Shown: positions 48,963 through 58,280 of the stretch, one piece after another
Layout: every line of letters begins with the position of its first letter
Numbering within the stretch: position 1 is the stretch's first letter
DNA from: Spirochaetia bacterium
GTDB taxonomy: Bacteria > Spirochaetota > Spirochaetia > DSM-27196 > Salinispiraceae
Assembly (NCBI GenBank): GCA_038204425.1
Contig: JBBRCZ010000005.1
Location: 32,001-96,000 of the forward strand
Length of the DNA stretch: 64,000 bases
Direction of reading: 5' to 3'
Program-made: the position numbers and the translations under genes
Notes under the pieces: model-generated
Seen by the model: the letters and a program-made list of their open reading frames with translations, nothing else
Databases searched by the model: none
Told to the model about the DNA's origin: nothing

Positions 48963-49709
48963 TCAACTTGTCGTTTGACGCTGTGGGTATCGATCGCACA
49001 GTTCTTTGAGGTCTATCCTATCCTCGTACCAAGCTTTGCCAATTATTACACCTGCTATACCCGCTGAAGATAGGTCCATGACGCGATGGACATCATTCAT
49101 TGAACCAATTCCGCCCGATACGATAAGTCCAAGCTTGCCCTCATCCGCAATACGCAGGCAAGCGTCAATATCAGGACCGGTTAGCGTACCGTCCCGACTT
49201 ATGCTGGTATAGACGACAGCCGAAAAACCCAAACTTGCAGCCAACCGTACCGCGTCAGTGTCAGACATTGCTGCATCAGCTTCCCAGCCGGCCACCTTAA
49301 CTTTGCCTTCACGCGCATCTATTCCGGCAATAAACTTTTGTGGTGCCAAAGAAATCCAACTAGCCACTTCATCCGGATTCTTCACCAGAGCTGTGCCTAC
49401 AATCAAATAGTGCAATCCTTGGTCGAGCAGTTGTTTGACGTCTTCCCTGCTTCGAATGCCACCACCCAACTCTATCTCGCAGGAGCTCTGCTTACAAATA
49501 CTGCCTAATACCGCTCTATTGTTCTTCCCTTGCCCGCGTGCTGCATCTAGGTCGACAATATGAATTCTACGCACTCCCTGCTCTTCAAGACGTTTAGCCG
49601 TCTCCAGTGGATCATTGTCATAAACGGTGACCTGCTCATAGCTGCCCTGCAGCAGCCTAACCACTTTGCCATCGAGGATATCGATTGCAGGTATCAAAAT
49701 TTTGTTCAT
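48963..49709 (-). CDS. hisA: ProFAR isomerase
   Basis: IPAIDILDGKVVRL, HIVDLD, GGGIR, SRDGTLTG, SGG. Confidence 0.95.
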   Translation of the reverse strand: MNKILIPAIDILDGKVVRLLQGSYEQVTVYDNDPLETAKRLEEQGVRRIHIVDLDAARGQGKNNRAVLGSICKQSSCEIELGGGIRSREDVKQLLDQGLHYLIVGTALVKNPDEVASWISLAPQKFIAGIDAREGKVKVAGWEADAAMSDTDAVRLAASLGFSAVVYTSISRDGTLTGPDIDACLRIADEGKLGLIVSGGIGSMNDVHRVMDLSSAGIAGVIIGKAWYEDRIDLKELCDRYPQRQTTS

Positions 49710-49717
49710 GATTGACC

Positions 49718-50749
49718 CTATTCTACTAGCTTCCAAGCCAATGTTTGACCTGCGGCCAAAGGTACGATGTTGTCGATGAGTTCTGGAACTTGCCAGGGTT
49801 CTTTGACCAGTTGTACCTCGCGCCCCTGTGGAGCCGGTATTCCATAAAAGCGAGCGCCGTGACTGGCAACAAAGCCGGGCATCAAATCAAGCTCGCCTGC
49901 AGCATCAAAGAATTGAGCCAAAAGAGCCAAGGCTACCGGTGCAGAATATATTCCAGCCGCGCCACAACAACTTTCTTTTTGATCAACTTCGTGCGGAGCA
50001 CTGTCAGAGCCAAAGAAAAACTTATGGTCGCCTGAAAGTACTGCCTCTGCAATTGCTTGCCTGTCTTCTGGGCGTTTGAGTAGTGGTTTACAGTAAAGGT
50101 GGGGATTAAGATGCTTACCTGCCATATCATCCAAAGTAAAAAGCAAGTGATGCACGGTGACGGTAGCTGCCACATTCCTGCCCTGACGACGAACCCAGGA
50201 TACTGCGTCAGCACTAGAAACATGCTCGAGTACAATTTTTAGCTGTGGAAAAGTTCTTACTATTCGATCTAGCTGAGGCAAAAATGCCTTCTCGCGTTCC
50301 ATAACAAAAGCTTGTGGATCTTCACCATGAATCAAAAGCAGCAAGCCTTCTTGTTGCATTGCCTCAAAAAGTGAGAACAATTCTTCGATCTCGCTTACAC
50401 CATCTTCTGAGTTGGTTGTTGCGCCAAGTGGATAGAGTTTACCGGCCACAGCACCGGCCTTCTTTAGCTCCTGCACTTGTTCAAGAATTTCTTGTTTGCT
50501 TAAGCCTTTCTCCGGAGCAAATACCTTAAAGGTCATTAAGGGCTCAAAGTCAGGGTTAACAGTATTTGCAGCCTCTTTGATCTCTTGGCAATACGCGAGC
50601 AATTCGCTTGCCGTTTTGATCGGTGGCAAAGTATTGGGCATAATCAGAGCTCGACCAAACGAGCGCGCAAGGGTTCGCACATAGTCTTTGAGAACTGCAC
50701 CTTGTCTGACGTGAACATGAAAATCATCGGGTAAAGGAAATTTCAACAT
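49718..50749 (-). CDS. pyrC: Dihydroorotase (type II)
   Basis: DDFHVHVRQ, MPNT, KLYP.GATTNS, HGE, GSDSAPH. Confidence 0.95.
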   Translation of the reverse strand: MLKFPLPDDFHVHVRQGAVLKDYVRTLARSFGRALIMPNTLPPIKTASELLAYCQEIKEAANTVNPDFEPLMTFKVFAPEKGLSKQEILEQVQELKKAGAVAGKLYPLGATTNSEDGVSEIEELFSLFEAMQQEGLLLLIHGEDPQAFVMEREKAFLPQLDRIVRTFPQLKIVLEHVSSADAVSWVRRQGRNVAATVTVHHLLFTLDDMAGKHLNPHLYCKPLLKRPEDRQAIAEAVLSGDHKFFFGSDSAPHEVDQKESCCGAAGIYSAPVALALLAQFFDAAGELDLMPGFVASHGARFYGIPAPQGREVQLVKEPWQVPELIDNIVPLAAGQTLAWKLVE

Positions 50750-50824
50750 AGGAAATTAGTATAGCAAAAATCACTTGCCTACCAAAGCCCCCGATCGTTA
50801 GAATATAAAAATATGGAGGTAAAT

Positions 50825-51529
50825 ATGTCTAACCTTAATGAATTTGCACTTAATCGAAGCGCTAGCATGCAGCGCAACATACTAAGAAATGTCTATGTTT
50901 GGATGACTCTTGCGATTGCGATAACCGCTACGGTTGCATACGTTGTTTCACAAAATGAGGGTTTGGTTGAATATCTTTTTCTTTCCAACCTTATTTGGCC
51001 AATTATTATAGTCGAAGTCATAATGGTGTTTGCACTGTCCGGCTTTGTAATGAAGATGAGTCCCTTGGTGGCAATAGTAGTTTTTGCCGCCTACTCGATT
51101 CTCAACGGACTTAGCCTCTCGTTTATCTTTTTAATTTACGATGCCTCAGCGATTCTGCGCGCTTTGGTGATTAGTTCTGGCCTATTTGCTGCTATGAGCA
51201 TCTATGCGGTTACCACAAAGCGTGACCTTTCTGGTTGGGGACATTATTTGATCATGGGCGTAATTGGGCTTTTGATCGCTGGCGTTGTCAATATTTTTGT
51301 TGCCTCATCCGCTTTTGACTTTTTGATAAGCATCGCTGGTGTCGTAATTTTTACTCTACTGACTGCCTATGATACTCAAAAAATTAAACGCTTGAGCGAC
51401 CAATTAGGCAGTGATATTGTCGAAGCCGACTATATTAGGCTTTCAATTGTTGGCGCATTGTCTTTATACTTGGACTTTATCAACATTTTCATCTTTCTTC
51501 TGCGCTTTTTTGGTGGCAGTCGCAACTAA
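50825..51529 (+). CDS. Bax inhibitor-1 / YccA family membrane protein
   Basis: VYVWM, TKRDLS, AYDTQKIK, ALSLYLDFINIF; GGAGG RBS. Confidence 0.92.
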   Translation: MSNLNEFALNRSASMQRNILRNVYVWMTLAIAITATVAYVVSQNEGLVEYLFLSNLIWPIIIVEVIMVFALSGFVMKMSPLVAIVVFAAYSILNGLSLSFIFLIYDASAILRALVISSGLFAAMSIYAVTTKRDLSGWGHYLIMGVIGLLIAGVVNIFVASSAFDFLISIAGVVIFTLLTAYDTQKIKRLSDQLGSDIVEADYIRLSIVGALSLYLDFINIFIFLLRFFGGSRN

Positions 51530-51550
51530 AGTCCGATTTCGGGCAGATAG

Positions 51551-51580
51551 AAAGCCGTCCTCAAGAGGGCGGCTTTTTTT
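51551..51580 (+). terminator. Rho-independent terminator
   Basis: GCCGTCCTC-aa-GAGGGCGGC followed by T7. Confidence 0.85.
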
Positions 51581-51667
51581 GCGGACAGATTGGCGTATAT
51601 CGACTATAGTTCGTGCATGACAGCGAGTATTTTTGCCAGAATCAAGTATTCTGACTTTACCGATAGA

Positions 51668-53479
51668 ATGAATCAACTCTATCCGGCCAGCATAGCACCA
51701 AACAAAGGTATCACTCTTGCTCAGAACAAGATCAGACAGCTAAGTCCTATTGAAATTACTCAACTCAATAGCCAAGGCAACTGGGCTCAGGACTGGAGCA
51801 CCGTTTTGGTTAGCCATGATTTTGTGGCCGATAGAATCAGAAATTGCAGTTTTTTCGGTTATTGTTTGCTCGCTAGTTTTAATGGACCAGAAATCAAGAC
51901 TCCTGACGGAAGCATTTATCTGCCTGGCATATATTCCAGCACGTTGCGCGATTGCCAGATTGGCAAGGATGCTGCCATACATCGTTGCGATCTTTTGCAA
52001 AACTACGTCATCGCCAGCAATGTTGTGTGTGCTTCGTCGAGCTTAATCGCTGGTCACGAGCTCAATTCGTTTGGTAACGGTAGCTGGATAGATGTCGGCA
52101 TAGAAACTGGTGGGCGTTCTAGTCCAATCTTTGCCGACATTTCACTTGACATGGCTGAACACATATTGCTCAACCCCGGCGACAAAGAAATAATCAAACT
52201 GGCCCAGGACTTTGTTGAGAACTACGTTTCAAAAATATCACGATGTTTTGGCGTAGTTGACGAAGGTGCAATGGTTACCAACTGTCAGAAGATTGTCGAC
52301 AGCTACATTGGTCCTTGCGCTCAGTTAAATGGCGCGACATTAATCGAAAAGACTAGCATAATTAGTACCTGTGATGATCCTTGCCTTGTGGGGTCCGCGA
52401 GCATCATCAAGAAATCAATCATCCAAGAAGGCGCCTCCATACTTGACGGTGCCATTGTAGAGAACTCAATGCTCTTTGAGCATAGTCATGCAAGTCAGCA
52501 TGGAAAAGTAGTGCAGTGTTTGGTCGGCCCAAACTCAGGAGTCAGCAAAGGCGAAGCAACATCCAGCTTTTTGGGCCCATTTGTGGGCTTCCACCATCAG
52601 GGGCTCTTAATAGCCGCACTTTGGCCTCGCGGACGTGGGAACATAGGTTACGGCGCCAACGTAGGCTCAAACCACACGAGTCGTGTACCAGACCAAGAGT
52701 TTTGGCCCGGTGAGGGAACTTTTTTTGGTCTTGGTTGTACCATCAAGTACCCATCCAACTTTAAGGAAGCGCCCTATACAATCGTTGCCGCTGGGGTGAC
52801 CACGCTTCCACAGAAGATTTCTTACCCATTTAGTCTTATCAACGAACCGATAGGCTACTACTTGGAGGTCCCGCCCGGCTACAACAACCTTATTCCTGCT
52901 TGGTGCCTGACAGAAAACCTCTATATGTTGCAAAGAAACGAAGGAAAATATATCGCCCGCAACAAAGCCAAGCGCAATGTCTTTGAACTCGATGTTTTTA
53001 GGCCCGAGATTCTGGACTATATGCGAGAAGCTATTCGCAATTTGCGAGATATTGAAGAGAGAAAAACCATCTATTTGCCTGGCGACTTACCTGGTATTGG
53101 TAAGAACATGCTTACTGACGAAAACCGTCTAAAGGCAATTGAGGCCTACCATTTTTTTATCGATCTTGCCACTTTTCGCAAGGATAAAACTGCAATCCTC
53201 GAGCTTCGCGATGCCAAAGCAGGTGAGACTCTTGATGACCCAGAACGCCGACGCTTGATTGGGCATATGTCCAGACTAAAAGAAATGTTACCAAGTCTCG
53301 TTCAAAAAGTGGAAACCTCGCGTTCACGGGACTTTGAACGCGGTGCAGCTATTATAGATGACTATCATAAGACTCACGGCGCAGTTAAGGACGATACTTT
53401 TGTCAAGCAAACCAAAAAGGAAATAAAAGCAGAACTATCCCAGGTCCAAGAGGCATTGCGTTTTCTTCAGCAGGCTTAA
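51668..53479 (+). CDS. DUF4954 family protein (beta-helix-like)
   Basis: GNWAQDW, LGPFVGFHHQ, GYGANVGSNH..PDQE, GEGTFFGLG, PFSLI; start uncertain (51590-51668). Confidence 0.75.
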   Translation: MNQLYPASIAPNKGITLAQNKIRQLSPIEITQLNSQGNWAQDWSTVLVSHDFVADRIRNCSFFGYCLLASFNGPEIKTPDGSIYLPGIYSSTLRDCQIGKDAAIHRCDLLQNYVIASNVVCASSSLIAGHELNSFGNGSWIDVGIETGGRSSPIFADISLDMAEHILLNPGDKEIIKLAQDFVENYVSKISRCFGVVDEGAMVTNCQKIVDSYIGPCAQLNGATLIEKTSIISTCDDPCLVGSASIIKKSIIQEGASILDGAIVENSMLFEHSHASQHGKVVQCLVGPNSGVSKGEATSSFLGPFVGFHHQGLLIAALWPRGRGNIGYGANVGSNHTSRVPDQEFWPGEGTFFGLGCTIKYPSNFKEAPYTIVAAGVTTLPQKISYPFSLINEPIGYYLEVPPGYNNLIPAWCLTENLYMLQRNEGKYIARNKAKRNVFELDVFRPEILDYMREAIRNLRDIEERKTIYLPGDLPGIGKNMLTDENRLKAIEAYHFFIDLATFRKDKTAILELRDAKAGETLDDPERRRLIGHMSRLKEMLPSLVQKVETSRSRDFERGAAIIDDYHKTHGAVKDDTFVKQTKKEIKAELSQVQEALRFLQQA

Positions 53480-53489
53480 GTTATTCTGC

Positions 53490-54803
53490 CTAAGATAGAT
53501 GTTGGTCCAGCCAGTTCACCAGATCCTGTTTGCTCGATCCAACTTTGTCGGCCATTTTTTGTCTGCGGGTGTACTCCGCAAGTCGTTGCGGAATATTTGC
53601 GGGTCTACCGCTGGCTTCCAAAACTATCTCTGAAAACTTGCCTGGATGCGCCGTGGATAGATTGATTACGATACCCGCTCCATCTAAGCCACCCGCCAAG
53701 AAACGCTCAGATGCAAGTACGCCTACTGCTGTGTGCGGACATATTTGTAAAGAATAGTCCTGGTCATAGCGTTTCATAGTTGCAAGAATATCGACATTCT
53801 TGACCACTTCTGGATAGAGCATGGCCTGCATTTGCAACAAATCGTTGGCGAACAAAGCTTGAAGTCTTTCAAAGTTTGACGGATTGCCTACGTCCATAGC
53901 GTTGGCGGGAGTGCTTACCGACGGCCGACTTGTAAAAATACCATTTTTTAAATATTGTGGAACCACATCGTTCTCGTTGGTAGCTGCAATAAAACCACTA
54001 ACAGGTAAGCCCCAGCGCCAAGCCAAAACACCTGCTGTTAGGTTGCCAAAGTTACCGCTTGGTACACAAAAATATATTTCTCCAGATGTCTTTTCTTTCA
54101 ATTGCGCAAATGCCCAAGCATAGTAGAATGACTGTGGAATCAATCGCCCGAGGTTGATGGAGTTGGCAGAGCTCAAAGGATAGCGTTCTCGCAATTCATG
54201 ATCCAAAAACGCTTCTTTTACCATGCGCTGACAATCATCAAAGCTACCATCAACTTCTAAAGCATGCACATTGCCACCAACCGTGGTCAATTGCAACTCT
54301 TGGCTTGGACTCACTCGGCCAGATGGATACAAAATTACGACATCTATGTTTTCTTTTCCAAAAAAAGCTTGTGCAACGGCACTTCCAGTATCACCGGATG
54401 TAGCCGTAAGAATAATGGCGTGTTGCTTATCACTCTTGAGATAGTGTTCCATCATGGTGGCAAGAAAGCTGGCACCAAAATCCTTAAAGGCACATGAGGG
54501 TCCATGGTAGAGCTCCATATCAAACAATCCTGGTCTAAGTGCAGTCAGAACTGGTACAAAAGGAAAGGCCTGCTCACAAATCTGGCTACAGGTCTCAGAA
54601 TCAAACTCATCACCAAAAAAACCATGCATAATCTCAGCTGCCAAACGAGGAAAGGACCAACTACTGTCGGCTCGCATAAACAACGAGCGCAGATCAGGCT
54701 CGGTAACTGGTAAGTAGAGGCCACCATCAGGTGCCAGTCCTTCAAAAAGAGCTTGTTTAAAGTCAACAAGACGCTCAGGATCTCTTGTAGAAGAAAATTT
54801 CAT
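53490..54803 (-). CDS. thrC: Threonine synthase
   Basis: GLAPDGGLY, HGPSCAFKDFG, ATSGDTG, ANSIN, PSGNFGN. Confidence 0.96.
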   Translation of the reverse strand: MKFSSTRDPERLVDFKQALFEGLAPDGGLYLPVTEPDLRSLFMRADSSWSFPRLAAEIMHGFFGDEFDSETCSQICEQAFPFVPVLTALRPGLFDMELYHGPSCAFKDFGASFLATMMEHYLKSDKQHAIILTATSGDTGSAVAQAFFGKENIDVVILYPSGRVSPSQELQLTTVGGNVHALEVDGSFDDCQRMVKEAFLDHELRERYPLSSANSINLGRLIPQSFYYAWAFAQLKEKTSGEIYFCVPSGNFGNLTAGVLAWRWGLPVSGFIAATNENDVVPQYLKNGIFTSRPSVSTPANAMDVGNPSNFERLQALFANDLLQMQAMLYPEVVKNVDILATMKRYDQDYSLQICPHTAVGVLASERFLAGGLDGAGIVINLSTAHPGKFSEIVLEASGRPANIPQRLAEYTRRQKMADKVGSSKQDLVNWLDQHLS

Positions 54804-56225
54804 TTAAACCTCCGGAAAAAAAGCAGCATGCAGCACGTTAAGTGCTTGATGATGGTCTTTTTGCTCAATCACAAAAGACACATTCATTTCAGATGAACCT
54901 TGCGCTATTACCAAGACATTGATGCCAGCTAGGCCAAGCGCAGCAAATATTTGTCCGGCGACTCCCGGTAGCCCGCGCATATTGGCCCCGATCACGGAAA
55001 CGATTTCAACCGATTTGACCCACTCAACCGAACTAACAAGTTTGCCTTCCAAAAGGCTAGCCAGTTCGGTTTTGAGCGTTGCAACTGCCTTAGCGCATTC
55101 ATCTTCTCGCAAGACCACGCAGATGCTGTGCTCGCTTGAGGCTTGGGAAATCATAATAATATTTACGTCTGCTTTTGCAAAGGCCACAAATAACTTTGCT
55201 GCCACACCCTTGGTGCCCATCAGCCCTCCGCCAACGATATTTATTATGCCGACGTTCTGCATGCTGGCCAAACCTGTTATGCTGCTTAAGCTTGTTGGCA
55301 CTCCGGCCGCAATGCGCGTGCCGCGCTTTTGTGGATCAAAGGTGTTTTTGATCCAAATAGGTATATTTTTTTCTACGGCCGGAATGATGGTATAAGGGTG
55401 CAAAACTTCCGCGCCAAAATAACACAGTTCCATCGCTTCTTCGACCGACAAATCTGGAATCACAAAGGCCTTTTTTACCACACGCGGGTCGGCAGACAAA
55501 ACACCATCAACATCAGTCCAGATTTCAATGTCACTGGCCTTGAGTGCCGCACCAAAGATCGCCGCACTATAGTCGGAACCATTGCGACCAAGGGTGGTTG
55601 TAATGCCTTCTGCATTGGCCGCTACAAATCCAGTTACCAAGGCAACCTTACCCTTTCGCTCATGCCCCCAATGCCGATGAAAAAAAGATTGGATAGTATC
55701 ATACGTTCGACCAAAGTCCACAACAGCGCTACCAAAACTATCATCAGTTGCAATCAGTTCCCGCGCATCAACAAAAACCGCATCCAAATCAACCGTTCTA
55801 AAATACGCGGCTATCAAGGTGTTGTTTAGTCGCTCACCAAAACTCATCATTAGGTCGAGACTGCGTAAACTGCACTCCCGAATCAAAAAGACACCGTTGC
55901 AGATTTCTTGCATTTCACGGTACATGCTGGAAAGTAAGCCTTGAGCGGCAAGTTTGGCTTCCTTTTGATTCATGCTGGTCCCAGCAAAAAGATCATCAAG
56001 GGCCTCTTGTTGACGCTTCCATATTGACTCAAGCAGCTTTGCATAACTGAGCTCACCTGATTCGGCCAAGGTGGCGGCCTTTATCAAGTCGTCAGTAATT
56101 CCCTTCATCGCAGAACACACGACCACAAGGCCTTCAGTTAGATCCTGAGTCCTAACAATGGCTTCAACCGCTCTAATACGGCCGGCATCTTTGACAGAAG
56201 TGCCGCCAAATTTCATCACTTTCAT
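54804..56225 (-). CDS. Aspartate kinase (ThrA-like kinase plus two ACT domains, no HSDH domain)
   Basis: KFGGTSV, TTLGRNGSDYSA, WTDVDG, ISQASSEHSI, IAQGSSE. Confidence 0.93.
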   Translation of the reverse strand: MKVMKFGGTSVKDAGRIRAVEAIVRTQDLTEGLVVVCSAMKGITDDLIKAATLAESGELSYAKLLESIWKRQQEALDDLFAGTSMNQKEAKLAAQGLLSSMYREMQEICNGVFLIRECSLRSLDLMMSFGERLNNTLIAAYFRTVDLDAVFVDARELIATDDSFGSAVVDFGRTYDTIQSFFHRHWGHERKGKVALVTGFVAANAEGITTTLGRNGSDYSAAIFGAALKASDIEIWTDVDGVLSADPRVVKKAFVIPDLSVEEAMELCYFGAEVLHPYTIIPAVEKNIPIWIKNTFDPQKRGTRIAAGVPTSLSSITGLASMQNVGIINIVGGGLMGTKGVAAKLFVAFAKADVNIIMISQASSEHSICVVLREDECAKAVATLKTELASLLEGKLVSSVEWVKSVEIVSVIGANMRGLPGVAGQIFAALGLAGINVLVIAQGSSEMNVSFVIEQKDHHQALNVLHAAFFPEV

Positions 56226-56329
56226 AATGCTCTATACTGCTACAAAGTTCGCCAAGAGTACAAGTGACCTTTGTCGCGACTGGACCCTTTCAGATTGACA
56301 TAAGGCTAAAAAGCAGAGAAACTCGGCAC

Positions 56330-57616
56330 ATGTACAAATACCATATAGAAGGCGGTTTTCCGATCAAGGGAACCATTAGAGCAAGTGGCAACAAAAACGC
56401 AGCTCTGCCCTGTATTTGCGCCTGCATTCTGACGGATCAAGAAGTGACATTGCGCAACGTACCCGACATTGAAGACGTTCACGTCCTCTATGACATAATC
56501 CGCTTTTTGGGTGGTAGCGTAGACAAGGGCAAGGTTCACGGCGAGTGGCACATTAAAGCAAGCGAAATCAAGACCCATGAAATCCCTATCGAGATGGCAA
56601 GAAAAATTAGGGCTTCAATCTTGCTAGCCGGCCCGATGCTGGCTAGGACAGGCAAAATTTCATTGCCGCCACCTGGTGGTGACGTAATTGGAAGACGCCG
56701 ACTAGACACTCACTTTCTCGCCCTGATGTCACTCGGCGCGCGGGTAGAAATTGACGGACAATACAAGATCAGCGCCAACAAACTGGTTGGCCTTGAGATG
56801 TTTTTGGATGAAGCCAGCGTTACAGCTACCGAAAATGCCATCATGGCCTCTGTTTTGGCCGAAGGTGAAACCATAATAGAAAACGCTGCCAGTGAGCCTC
56901 ATGTTCAAGATTTGTGCACTATGCTCAACCAAATGGGCGCTTCAATCTCGGGAATCGGCTCCAATATTTTGCGTATTAAAGGTGTCAAAAAGCTGGGTGG
57001 AACTGAGTTCAGAATCTCCGCTGACTTTATGGAAGTGGGAAGTTTTATTGGTCTGGCGGCCGTGACTCGCAGTGAACTGACCATTGAGGATGCTGCTCCA
57101 CACAACCTCAAGATGGTCAAACTCGGTTTTGGCAAGTTGGGTATCCATTGGGAAACCGAAGGCAGCACTATCCACATTGGCGCCAATCAATTGATGCGCG
57201 TAAGCCCAGACCTTGGCGGCATGATTCCAAAGATTGATGACGCGCCATGGCCCGGATTCCCACCTGACTTACTTTCGATAATCATAACCGTAGCTACTCA
57301 AGTAGAAGGCACCGTTCTTATTCACGAAAAGATGTTTGAGTCGCGTATGTTCTTTGTGGACAAGCTGATTGGCATGGGTGCCAAAATTATCCTTTGCGAC
57401 CCACATCGTGCGGTAATAAACGGCCCCAATCGCTTGAGCGGTGCCGATCTTGTCTCGCCCGATGTCCGAGCCGGCATGGCAATGGTTATAGCGGCCCTAT
57501 GTGCACAAGGCGAGTCAAATATTCAAAATGTCTATCAGATCGAACGAGGTTATGAGCATCTTGCGTCGCGGCTCCAGTCTTTGGGCGCGCGCATCAAACG
57601 AATACCTAAGTCTTAA
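56330..57616 (+). CDS. murA: UDP-N-acetylglucosamine 1-carboxyvinyltransferase
   Basis: SGNKNAALP, RASIL, PGGDVIGRR, SVTATEN, PGFPPD, DVRAG, IERGYE. Confidence 0.96.
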   Translation: MYKYHIEGGFPIKGTIRASGNKNAALPCICACILTDQEVTLRNVPDIEDVHVLYDIIRFLGGSVDKGKVHGEWHIKASEIKTHEIPIEMARKIRASILLAGPMLARTGKISLPPPGGDVIGRRRLDTHFLALMSLGARVEIDGQYKISANKLVGLEMFLDEASVTATENAIMASVLAEGETIIENAASEPHVQDLCTMLNQMGASISGIGSNILRIKGVKKLGGTEFRISADFMEVGSFIGLAAVTRSELTIEDAAPHNLKMVKLGFGKLGIHWETEGSTIHIGANQLMRVSPDLGGMIPKIDDAPWPGFPPDLLSIIITVATQVEGTVLIHEKMFESRMFFVDKLIGMGAKIILCDPHRAVINGPNRLSGADLVSPDVRAGMAMVIAALCAQGESNIQNVYQIERGYEHLASRLQSLGARIKRIPKS

Positions 57617-58260
57617 AGTGCAGATAGGCCACTAAACCACTTGTCCGCGTAGCGATCTAGTGATTGTTCAACAATCGGTGAAGGAAAATTCCTTGCCGAT
57701 TGTTTTTTTTTGCCGGTGCTAAGTGATCGAACAATGGCTTGTTTGTAGCTTCGTGGGGACAAAACAATGCCTTGAGCCAGGTACTCCAGTCTCTTGAGAA
57801 CCAAAACATCGTCGTCCTTTGCGTAGACCAATGTTACGTAAAGAACTTGCTCAAACAATCTTTGCTTCTGTTTGTCGCCCAATTGTTTTACGGGAGCCAA
57901 TAGCGCGTCATCTCCCGCGCTCTTTGCCAAAAGATGGCGACTAGCGTCAACAAGCTTTTGAAACATCAGTGGAAATAGATTTAGAAAAAACAGTTTTCTT
58001 TTGATCTTTGCCAGTTCCTGTATACGTTCCAAATCAGTTAGTCCATGTGGTTCCCTAAAAACTAACAACAAATAACGGTATACCCAAGCCACGAGACGAC
58101 CAAATCCAAAGTAGACACCTTTACCTTGATAAAATCGGGTGATGGTCTTTTCCCAAATCCAGAAAAAAAGAACCTGATCCAAGAGAAAACCACCGACTAA
58201 ACCCAGTACTCTACCTGGAATATCAAAGACTGCGCCAACGAAAAAAAGAACTATAGTCAT
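57613..58260 (-). CDS. Hypothetical membrane-anchored protein
   Basis: 215-aa ORF with N-terminal hydrophobic segments; last gene of a three-gene minus-strand run. Confidence 0.65.
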   Translation of the reverse strand: MTIVLFFVGAVFDIPGRVLGLVGGFLLDQVLFFWIWEKTITRFYQGKGVYFGFGRLVAWVYRYLLLVFREPHGLTDLERIQELAKIKRKLFFLNLFPLMFQKLVDASRHLLAKSAGDDALLAPVKQLGDKQKQRLFEQVLYVTLVYAKDDDVLVLKRLEYLAQGIVLSPRSYKQAIVRSLSTGKKKQSARNFPSPIVEQSLDRYADKWFSGLSAL

Positions 58261-58280
58261 TATTTCTAACAGAGGCCGCG

